This document shows, piece by piece, positions 7,480 to 16,434 of a DNA stretch of 53,880 nucleotides (positions are counted from its first letter, which is position 1; each line of letters starts with the position of its first letter). The DNA lies in the NCBI GenBank assembly GCA_004524535.1, contig SDNY01000006.1:1-53880 (forward strand), in the 5' to 3' direction. The position numbers and the translations under genes are program-made. Source of the stretch: Promethearchaeota archaeon. Lineage in GTDB: Archaea > Asgardarchaeota > Lokiarchaeia > Sigyniarchaeales > SOKP01. A model generated the notes under the pieces. It saw only the letters and a program-made list of their open reading frames with translations, searched no databases and was not told the origin of the DNA.

Positions 7480-10400
7480 GTGATCTATCCACAAAATGGG
7501 TCCTATGTATATCATATCTATGAGAATGAGGGGCTTTATCTTATTACTGCTACTATTTTTGATGGTATCATGACTACTAAAACGATGGTCCTTATTGAAG
7601 TCCTTAATAAAATACCTGAAGTATCCATCCAAAAGATGCTCAACGCCAGCCAAGATGAGGAGGTTGAGTTAGGAGATAAATTTTCATATACAGATTCTGG
7701 TTCTGATGTGGAATCATTACGGTTTTATTGGGAATTTGGCGATGGGATGTTCTCACCCTATCTCAATGTCAGTCATAAATGGTGTCAGAACGGTCTAATG
7801 CCTCTGACCTTGCATGTCATTGATGATAATGGGGCCGATGGTGCATTTACCCGCATTATAAACATCACGAATTTTGATCCCGTCATTGAAGGGCCCTTTG
7901 GATTCCAAGGAGCAGAAGGTCGAGCCATAACCCTAGAGATGGCTGTATTTGACAACTTTGGAGATGAGGTTAATTTAGACTATATGTGGGATATTGCTGG
8001 TCAGCTCATCAATGAGCCGCGCCCGACTTTATTCCTTGATGATGGGAATTATACTGCATACTTAAGTGTGAGTGATGAGAATGGCGCAGAGAGTTGCGCA
8101 AATATTACTATAATTGTCGAAGATCTTCCTCCTACTGTAACAACTACCTCTAAAATTATTTATGGCAAACCAGGTGAGATTAGTTTAAAAGCTTATGCAA
8201 TTGATTCTTATATCGATACCGATGAGATGATTTTTAATTGGAATATTAATAATGAGACCTATCATCAGCATGTTGGGGGCTTTTGGTCCGAATTAATTTA
8301 TTCATATGACAGCAACTCAATTATTACTGGGCAAGTGGAAGTTGTAGATGATGCGGGAAAAGTAGGCCACACTCTTTTTAGATTGGAAATTTATATCGAT
8401 TCTGATGGGGATGGGTTATCCGATGAGTATGAAATACAACAAGACTATTCTCCTGATTCTGACGATACTGATGGAGATTTTATAACCGATTGGTATGAAA
8501 TCTATGTCACTAATACAGATCCAGCTAATCCTGATACGGATGGCGATGGACTTCCTGATGGGTATGGATTGGTCGAAGGTCAATATTGTGGTGAATTATT
8601 ACTTGGTACTGACCCGCTAAATAGCGATACTGACAATGATAATTTAACTGATGGAGTTGAGTTCTTTGGCTGGACTATATCGACTATATGGTATGACTCT
8701 GAGACAGGAGAGCAAATTACTAAAACCTATTGGACAAATTCAGATCCTTTGTTAATTGATACGGACAAAGATTTGCTTTTTGATGATGAGGAATACGATC
8801 GCGGTACAGATCCTCGAGTAAGAGATACAGATAATGATGGAAGAGATGATTATAAGGATTATTTTCCAAATAGATATGATGGAGATGGTGATGGGCTTTC
8901 GGATAAAAAGGAAGCAAAAATGGGAACCGATCCCGGAAATCCAGATACGGATGATGATGGGCTTTCTGATGGCGAAGAATATTATCCAGGTGAAGATGGT
9001 TATATAACAGATCCAAATGATGAGGATTGCGATAATGATGGATTACTTGATGGTGAGGAATTATACACTGCAACAACAAAAATTAATAGCAGGAAAAAAA
9101 TCAGCATCGGTACTAATGAATATTCGCTTGATCTTAACGAAGGAATTCGAATGTATGCGGCTTCAGTTACTATGTCTGTTTCCGTAGGTGAGTTAAGTGA
9201 GGAATTAGCAGATCTTACTGTAGAGCTTATAGTACAGGGAATATCAATATTTGAAAAGGATTATGAAAATCAACGTTATTTAGCTGATATAACTGATGTA
9301 AAAGACTTGGTGGACAATCAAGTTGGACGATATGGTGGTAAATGGGTGCTTTATATTACTAGTAATACTGAGTGTGTTCTTGAGGAGTTTACTGTCGATG
9401 TTGTAAAATATCTTAATCCATTGAATCCTGATTTCGATGGCGATGGGATTTCTGATGGCGAAGAATATTATCCTGGTGACGATGGATGGATTACCGATCC
9501 AACCAAATATGATACTGACGGCGATTCAATCAGCGATTATGTTGAAATTGATAACGGCTGGAATCCTAATTCAGTAGACACCGACGGAGATGGGTTAGAA
9601 GATTGGCGAGATATTGATCCCCTAGGTAATGTTATAGTAGAAATAGAAGTGGACAAAGGATTGTATGATGTACCATTTCCTTACACAGCCGATCCAAGAT
9701 TGCAAGTGACCTTAGAAGTTCATACTGATACAGAACATAAATACGAATTAGCCACTCCAGATGAAAAGGCAGATGATGATGAGAAGAGATTTACCATGCC
9801 CTGGTTAGAATGGAGATGGGCTTGGCATTGTATTCCTTATTATAGCTGCCACTGGAGCTGGAGTAAGATGCGAGTGAGATGTAAACGGAAATACTTCTGT
9901 TTTAGGTTTTTGGAGCCTTATTGGACGACAATAACTATTGATAAGGTATATACAGGAGCCCATTTCGGACAGAAATATTACGTTGATGTAAATGAAGAAA
10001 AAAATAACATTCTCATTAAAGCGCAACTTTGGTTAGAAGTTTTAGGAGGGTGGACTCCCGTATCGTTCGGTGTTTATAACTATGAAGTCATGGATGGAAA
10101 TACACCAAATGAAGTATATGATGAGAAGTTATATAATATATTCGGTGGAAATAATTATGTAAAATTAGACATTCGAACAGAAAGAGTAGAACGCATCAAC
10201 ACTATTGCGATTCGTGAGTTTGATGACGAATTTAATGCAGGGACTCATTATTCACAACCCGAAAAGATGGCTGTCGTGATGTTAAATGTAAATGGTAATG
10301 ATCCATTTAGCGATTTCAATCCTGGTTTCAATGCGATTCTTATTCCTACCCGCATTTTTGTTAACACTCAACTTCATGCTTTCATTGAAAGATGCGTTGA

Positions 10401-12261
10401 TGAGAATGGAATTATCGTTATCGAGGAATGGGAGAAAATTAATGATCCTAATTCAGTATATTTTGCAATTAAGAATGCCGAAGTAAGCGGGGTTGATCGA
10501 GTAACTCTTAAAGAAGAAATTAGTCCGAATGTAGAATGTGTTATCAAAAAAGCTGTAAGTATAGACCAAGCGGAAAAAATCTTAGAACAGTTAATTTTAA
10601 CAGGTGCAGATGAGTCCGAAGGTGAAGTTTACACATATAGTCGTTCATCTCGTCCAGAGGAGTTAGGTCTTGCCCCAGATGTCTTAGCTCTTATCCCCCT
10701 ACTTGCAGCCCAATATGTTAATGATGAAGTTGGTGAGTGGCCGAGAACACCGTGGGATAACTTTATCCAATTGGTTCAAGCTGTAGTGGAGTTTATCATT
10801 GATGTATTTATAGCAATCGCGACATTTTTCGTTGAACTTGGTAATGCTATTATCGAAATCGGAATGTGCATTGCCGAAGCAATTCTAGATACAGCCATAG
10901 CATTTATTGAAATGCTATTGAAAGCTTTGGCTATGGTTCATATCTATCTTTTACTCGCATTGATTACATTTGTATTTTCAATTACATTTCCCATAATAGC
11001 TTTGAGTCTAATTAGTGTAAATAAAGATTTAGGAGGCACTGGAACATCCGATTTATTTTCTATTGATCTCAATTTCCAAGATAATGAAATTGAGTTTTTA
11101 CTTGAGTTTAAATGGCGATATGATGAGGACTTAGATTTGGATGTACCTTACATAGAAGCTTCTACTCAATTCAATGGAGAATTAGAAAATATCTTAGAGC
11201 TAGATATTATCGATTCTACGGTCCTTTCTGAAAGTTATGAATTTGGTTCAGGGGAATTTGAATCATCTATTTTATCATCTCTGAATTTAGCTTCGATTAC
11301 TAAGGAGCAAGGGAAATATCCTGAATTTCAAGTGAAAGGATCTCAACAAGCGAAAACTTTAACGAGTCTAGAATTAATGCAGATACTTGCAAACGCTCCA
11401 GATATCGTAAATCAAATAAGTGTACCATTGCAAAACACAGAAGACGAAAATTATGATTATGATAATTTATACTTTTTCGTAACAGAAGTAGTTTGGTTCC
11501 TTATTGGTTGTGTTATTTATATCTATTTAAGAATTGATTATAACTTAAAGAAGGATAAGGATTATGATTTTGATCCGCCAACCGATTATTCTGGAAATAC
11601 TTTAATTCTTGTTCATGGTTTTAATGATAAAGCTATTGCTATGGAGGAGATTTACGATGATGAGGATTATCAGGAATATTATCAGAATATAATTAATATT
11701 GAATATTATGATAATCCTGGTGATATGGGAGAAAATTTTTATATACGTACACCAATTCAAGATATTGCAGAAGCTATAGCCGAGTATATAATTGATAATG
11801 ATGAATATATATGCGATAATGTGGATTTTGTATGTCATTCTATGGGCGGTATTATTATTAGATATATGATAAAGCATTATATTGTAGATATTATTGAAGA
11901 ATATGGGGAACTAAGTAGGGAATTTTCAATCAATAATATCTGCATGTTAGGAACACCAAATCATGGTACCTGGATAGGATGGATAACGATTGGAGTGTAT
12001 CAAGGTATACAAATGAAACCAGACAGCCAATTTTTAGAAAATCTTAATGATTTTGATGAGACACCGTATTCAGAGTTGTATGACATAAAATACTATACAT
12101 ATAGAGGAGATGAAGGATACGGTCATGACGGTCTTGTTTACGCTGATTCTGTTATATTATACGAGGATGATGCTACGAATAGAGGTCCATATGATTTAGG
12201 TCATGTTGCATTACTTAAAAATAATGAGCTAAGAAGTATTATATTTGATGATCTTACTTAA
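7480..12261 (+). CDS. Giant acidic surface/secreted protein: PKD domains, Ca-binding DxDxDG repeats, hydrophobic helices, C-terminal alpha/beta hydrolase; probably 5'-truncated
   Basis: YWEFGDG (PKD); many DTDGDGLxDGxE repeats; long hydrophobic stretch near 10760-11020; lipase motifs LVHGF, CHSMGG, GTPNHG, DGLV, GH. No signal peptide. Confidence 0.8.
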   Translation: MIYPQNGSYVYHIYENEGLYLITATIFDGIMTTKTMVLIEVLNKIPEVSIQKMLNASQDEEVELGDKFSYTDSGSDVESLRFYWEFGDGMFSPYLNVSHKWCQNGLMPLTLHVIDDNGADGAFTRIINITNFDPVIEGPFGFQGAEGRAITLEMAVFDNFGDEVNLDYMWDIAGQLINEPRPTLFLDDGNYTAYLSVSDENGAESCANITIIVEDLPPTVTTTSKIIYGKPGEISLKAYAIDSYIDTDEMIFNWNINNETYHQHVGGFWSELIYSYDSNSIITGQVEVVDDAGKVGHTLFRLEIYIDSDGDGLSDEYEIQQDYSPDSDDTDGDFITDWYEIYVTNTDPANPDTDGDGLPDGYGLVEGQYCGELLLGTDPLNSDTDNDNLTDGVEFFGWTISTIWYDSETGEQITKTYWTNSDPLLIDTDKDLLFDDEEYDRGTDPRVRDTDNDGRDDYKDYFPNRYDGDGDGLSDKKEAKMGTDPGNPDTDDDGLSDGEEYYPGEDGYITDPNDEDCDNDGLLDGEELYTATTKINSRKKISIGTNEYSLDLNEGIRMYAASVTMSVSVGELSEELADLTVELIVQGISIFEKDYENQRYLADITDVKDLVDNQVGRYGGKWVLYITSNTECVLEEFTVDVVKYLNPLNPDFDGDGISDGEEYYPGDDGWITDPTKYDTDGDSISDYVEIDNGWNPNSVDTDGDGLEDWRDIDPLGNVIVEIEVDKGLYDVPFPYTADPRLQVTLEVHTDTEHKYELATPDEKADDDEKRFTMPWLEWRWAWHCIPYYSCHWSWSKMRVRCKRKYFCFRFLEPYWTTITIDKVYTGAHFGQKYYVDVNEEKNNILIKAQLWLEVLGGWTPVSFGVYNYEVMDGNTPNEVYDEKLYNIFGGNNYVKLDIRTERVERINTIAIREFDDEFNAGTHYSQPEKMAVVMLNVNGNDPFSDFNPGFNAILIPTRIFVNTQLHAFIERCVDENGIIVIEEWEKINDPNSVYFAIKNAEVSGVDRVTLKEEISPNVECVIKKAVSIDQAEKILEQLILTGADESEGEVYTYSRSSRPEELGLAPDVLALIPLLAAQYVNDEVGEWPRTPWDNFIQLVQAVVEFIIDVFIAIATFFVELGNAIIEIGMCIAEAILDTAIAFIEMLLKALAMVHIYLLLALITFVFSITFPIIALSLISVNKDLGGTGTSDLFSIDLNFQDNEIEFLLEFKWRYDEDLDLDVPYIEASTQFNGELENILELDIIDSTVLSESYEFGSGEFESSILSSLNLASITKEQGKYPEFQVKGSQQAKTLTSLELMQILANAPDIVNQISVPLQNTEDENYDYDNLYFFVTEVVWFLIGCVIYIYLRIDYNLKKDKDYDFDPPTDYSGNTLILVHGFNDKAIAMEEIYDDEDYQEYYQNIINIEYYDNPGDMGENFYIRTPIQDIAEAIAEYIIDNDEYICDNVDFVCHSMGGIIIRYMIKHYIVDIIEEYGELSREFSINNICMLGTPNHGTWIGWITIGVYQGIQMKPDSQFLENLNDFDETPYSELYDIKYYTYRGDEGYGHDGLVYADSVILYEDDATNRGPYDLGHVALLKNNELRSIIFDDLT

Positions 12262-12789
12262 CACCTTGGTTGAAATCAATTATTTAAAATTTTTTTTTCT
12301 TTTTTTCATTATGTTTTATAATAATAAGCTATAAAGATTAAATTAATAAAATTCATATTTTAATATAAGGATTTAGAGTCAAATATTAATACAAACAGTC
12401 ACAGTTTAAATAGATTTAAATATCTACTTCCTTAGAAACTTTTTATGATTTATTTTTATTATAAAATTTTAAAAGAAGTTAATCTTTAAATCTTATTAAG
12501 TTTAAAACTCTAATATTAAAAAATTAATTCTGATATTTTGTCATCTCCAAAAATTCAAAAAACAAATAAACAAACCAAAAACAAGCCACTAATAGGCTCT
12601 ACAAGATAACAAGGATTCTTTAGTTGAAGTGTGCTCCAAATAGTAAATAATAGAATGAAAAGATATTCATTAAGGTGAGAATTCTATCGGATATAAAAAA
12701 AAAATAAAGAATATTAAAAAATATACCATTAGATGCTGTTTTTAAAAAATAGTATTATTGAAAAATCAAAAAATTATAAGTAAATTAAA

Positions 12790-13347
12790 ATGCTTGAAAT
12801 AGAAAAACCTGAATCTTTTATAAAAAATATTAAAATAATTAATTTATTTTTAGGATTTATTTTAATTCAAGCTGGATTATATTATGAAATTGGACTTATC
12901 ATACGAATTTTTATAGTTCAAGGATATTTCCGAGATCCAATTATATGGGGTCTATTTGGAATACTTCTCATATCATCGGGGATAATAGGATTACTAAGTG
13001 GATTTTTTCTTTTAAAATCAAAATTTATAGGATTAAAACTAAGTATGCTTACCTTTATTATACTAAGTGGAACTTTTACATATATGGCTACTTTTACTAT
13101 TATATATACTTTTTTACATCAAATAACCGGATTATATCATTTTGCTCAAAGTGTTAGGGTTTTATTTTATACTGGAATTGTTGTATTTTCGATAATTCTC
13201 CTCTTATCAATTTATAAAAATAAAGAACTCCTTAAAGAATGTTTCTTAATAAAGACTTGTTATAATTGTCGAGCTGCATTGAAGCCTCCTTATAAATTCT
13301 GTACGAATTGTGGTTTTGAACAGAGAAGCAAAGAAAGAAAAATTTAA
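12790..13347 (+). CDS. Four-TM membrane protein with C-terminal zinc ribbon
   Basis: Four hydrophobic segments then CYNC..FCTNCG. Confidence 0.75.
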   Translation: MLEIEKPESFIKNIKIINLFLGFILIQAGLYYEIGLIIRIFIVQGYFRDPIIWGLFGILLISSGIIGLLSGFFLLKSKFIGLKLSMLTFIILSGTFTYMATFTIIYTFLHQITGLYHFAQSVRVLFYTGIVVFSIILLLSIYKNKELLKECFLIKTCYNCRAALKPPYKFCTNCGFEQRSKERKI

Positions 13348-13395
13348 TGATTTTTAAAATATATAAAAAAAGAGAAAATTAATTTAATATTTTTT

Positions 13396-16365
13396 TTAAG
13401 AGTTATTTGAATTTTGGATATTGGTGCCAATTTTATTTAGTTTTTTAATGCGTTTTTTCTTTCTCTTTCGCAATAAAATTATCGTTGCTCCAGCTGCTGC
13501 TCCTGAAATTGTTGCTCCTATAACTATTATAAAGAAAACATTATCATCCGTACCACCATCGTCATCGTCATCATCATCATCATCATCAGGGACTATAAGT
13601 AATTGCACCTTGATTGCAAGGCAATTGCTGCTACTATTACCAGAAGGATTATACGCAACAATCATGAAGTAGTGAGTTCCATCTTTATAGCCTGAGCAAT
13701 GATAGTTTAAGGTTGTTATGTTGCTCTTTAGACATTTTACTCCTGCTAAGTTTCCTATATCGCCAAATATAAATGCTTGAGTTGAGTAGTAGAGTGAATA
13801 GTTGGTAATCTCAATATTAAAATAACTATATTCTAAGGCTATGTTCCAATTCAATTTAAAGTTTCCATCATTGTCCGAGGGACTCCCTGCATTAGATGTT
13901 AATGTTAATGGTTTCGGTGCTAGGGAGACATTAATCTCTATCTGTAGTGGATATGTATAATTACCATTTCGATTGAATGAGACTAATCTAATGTACCATT
14001 TGCCATTTTGAGTAAGATATAATAAATATGTATATTCCTTATTAATATAAGAGATATTTATTCCATCAACTAGATTGATGTTAAAGACTGGCTTAGTGAA
14101 ATCTATTGGTTCTCGAGCAATGTATAATTTATAATAAGAACAATCTAAGGATTTATTCCACCAGGAGCGAACAATGCCATGAATTTCAGGATCTGTTGCA
14201 TTATTATAAAATTCAAACGGTCCAGGTGGTGCGTTAATCACCTCCACATAAATGATGTTTGAAGACCTATTTCCATTGACATTAAACGCTACAATACCAA
14301 AATAATAATCTCCATCATTAAGGTTTGAAATATGATAAATTAAATCTTTTACACCTGCAGCAATTCTAATCGAATTATTGAACTCAGTTATAGGGGCAGT
14401 ATGTTGATAGACAGAATAACTTTCAGCGTATAATGATTTGGTCCAATTCAAAGTAAAGCAACCATCTTTATCAGGAGTTAATGCATCTGATTCTAATGTG
14501 AAAGCTCCAGGAGGATATCTTTTTACATCAATTTGAATACAATTCGAGCTAGAATTTCCATTGATATTAAATGCAACTACTTTATAATAGTAAGTACCAT
14601 TTGCTAGATCAGAAAAGATATATGAGTAATTAGTAAGACCCTCATCTATTTTTATAGTATCATCAACTTCAATTATAAATGTATCATTCTGATAAAGTGA
14701 ATAATTCTGAGCATTTTGGGAGACTGTCCAATTAATAGTAAAAGAATTATTTATATTTGGAGAACCTGCATTGGTTGATAATACAAATGCTCCAGGAGGT
14801 GCCCTCTTTACTTCAACTTGAATACAATTTGAGCTTTCATTACCCCAACGATTAAAAGAAACTACTTTATAATAATACGTGCCATTTTGTTTATTATGAA
14901 AGTTATACTTTAAAGCTTTCAATCCTTCAAATTTGTTATCCAAACTATCATTCACCTCAGAAATATAGCTATTATGTTCATAGAGAGTATAATTCTCTGC
15001 TCCATCTGAATTATCCCAGTATACAGTATATGAGCCATTTAGGCTCGGACTCGTGCCATCAAGATATAAATTAAATTCTCCTGGGGTTTGAACAATTTTT
15101 ATTGTTAAAAAATAATCATATAATCCTGTAAACCGATATCCCCCTAAAATGATATTTTCCTCAGAATCTAGTGCTATATCATAAGCATATTCATCTTCAT
15201 TATCATAATCATAGGATTTATTCCAATAATTGTATCCTGTATTATTAAATTTCAGTAATATGATGTTTTCATTAGGAAATGGTAGATCGGTAGTATAATA
15301 TCCTGATAAATAAATGTCGTCAAAGGAATCAACAGCCACACCAGTATATTCTACTTTTATACCATTAGTATCGTATGTATAATTCCATTTATAGTGTCCA
15401 GTACTATTGAATTTGACAAGACATAATTCGGGAGGAGGACCTGCATCATTAAGGCGTCCAGAAACAAATACATTAAGATTAGAATCGATATCAATACTAT
15501 AAGCGTAATCCCACCACCCCCCACCCCATGTTGCATTCCATATTTGATTTCCAAGAGAATCTAGCTTTATTATAATAAAATCATCATCCGCATATGTTTC
15601 TGTATAACCACAAACATATATATCATCAGCATCATCTATGCAAATCCCATAACCGCCTTCATGATCATCGCTGGAGCCGATTGTATAATTCCATAGATAG
15701 TTCCCTGAGGCATCAAATTTAACAACAGTTAAATTTTTCCCAGATTCCCAAGCAAACAAGGGTGCTATCTCTCCAGCAACATATATATTATTGTTTGAAT
15801 CTAAAGCAATACCATATCCAATATCATGCATATCGGTTTTCCAAAGCACATCCCATTGATATATTCCTTCAGAATTGAACTTTACAATTAATAACTCATT
15901 ATTCCATGAGGTCGAATTAAAAAAAGTCCCTGTTACATATAAATTACCACTACCATCAATTGCTATATCTACACCAGAAACCTCTCCATCTAACCTATAC
16001 CATGTAGTATTCCATTGATATTCACCATTCGAATTATATTTTACGATAGCTATTGGGAACTGATTGTTGTTTGGATCGAAAGCTCCTCCCATTATATAAA
16101 CATTGTCTGATGCATCTATCACAATATCGTGTCCATAATTTGATGATTGACTTAAGGCCCATTCTTGATGCCAGTCTTCTTTAATTGAGCATTTAGGTAT
16201 CTCTATTACGGGAAGATCTTCATATCCTTCAGGATTTTTGATATTACTCTTTTTTGAATAAGCAGTATTGACATTGATATTAGAAAAATTTTGGATAAAT
16301 CCAGCTAAGAACATCATAAAGAAAAAAAATCCTAAAAGTATAATGCATTTATTTTTAGATTTCAT
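13396..16365 (-). CDS. Surface glycoprotein: SBBP-type beta-propeller, FN3-like repeats, poly-Asp linker, C-terminal TM anchor
   Basis: N-terminal signal/TM; repeats IAIDxxxNxYVxG..IVKF; repeated PPGxFxL..W..Y.LY..GxYYYKVVAFNxxG..SSNCI; D10 tract, TM, RKRKKKR. Confidence 0.85.
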   Translation of the reverse strand: MKSKNKCIILLGFFFFMMFLAGFIQNFSNINVNTAYSKKSNIKNPEGYEDLPVIEIPKCSIKEDWHQEWALSQSSNYGHDIVIDASDNVYIMGGAFDPNNNQFPIAIVKYNSNGEYQWNTTWYRLDGEVSGVDIAIDGSGNLYVTGTFFNSTSWNNELLIVKFNSEGIYQWDVLWKTDMHDIGYGIALDSNNNIYVAGEIAPLFAWESGKNLTVVKFDASGNYLWNYTIGSSDDHEGGYGICIDDADDIYVCGYTETYADDDFIIIKLDSLGNQIWNATWGGGWWDYAYSIDIDSNLNVFVSGRLNDAGPPPELCLVKFNSTGHYKWNYTYDTNGIKVEYTGVAVDSFDDIYLSGYYTTDLPFPNENIILLKFNNTGYNYWNKSYDYDNEDEYAYDIALDSEENIILGGYRFTGLYDYFLTIKIVQTPGEFNLYLDGTSPSLNGSYTVYWDNSDGAENYTLYEHNSYISEVNDSLDNKFEGLKALKYNFHNKQNGTYYYKVVSFNRWGNESSNCIQVEVKRAPPGAFVLSTNAGSPNINNSFTINWTVSQNAQNYSLYQNDTFIIEVDDTIKIDEGLTNYSYIFSDLANGTYYYKVVAFNINGNSSSNCIQIDVKRYPPGAFTLESDALTPDKDGCFTLNWTKSLYAESYSVYQHTAPITEFNNSIRIAAGVKDLIYHISNLNDGDYYFGIVAFNVNGNRSSNIIYVEVINAPPGPFEFYNNATDPEIHGIVRSWWNKSLDCSYYKLYIAREPIDFTKPVFNINLVDGINISYINKEYTYLLYLTQNGKWYIRLVSFNRNGNYTYPLQIEINVSLAPKPLTLTSNAGSPSDNDGNFKLNWNIALEYSYFNIEITNYSLYYSTQAFIFGDIGNLAGVKCLKSNITTLNYHCSGYKDGTHYFMIVAYNPSGNSSSNCLAIKVQLLIVPDDDDDDDDDDGGTDDNVFFIIVIGATISGAAAGATIILLRKRKKKRIKKLNKIGTNIQNSNNS

Positions 16366-16434
16366 TGGATTTTCATTTTAAAATAATTTATATTGGTTGA
16401 ATTTTATTTTTTTTATTTTAAATAATTTTCTTTT

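Noticed and set aside
7450-11877. Antisense or alternate-frame ORFs over the giant gene (e.g. His-rich 8720..9079) and similar short shadow ORFs across the window
   Set aside because: By-products of codon bias in the real genes (GAT repeats read as CAT); no recognisable motifs.
12520-12760. Possible decayed membrane-protein gene on the minus strand
   Set aside because: Hydrophobic-looking translation is expected from T-rich DNA and several stops interrupt it; unsupported without homology.
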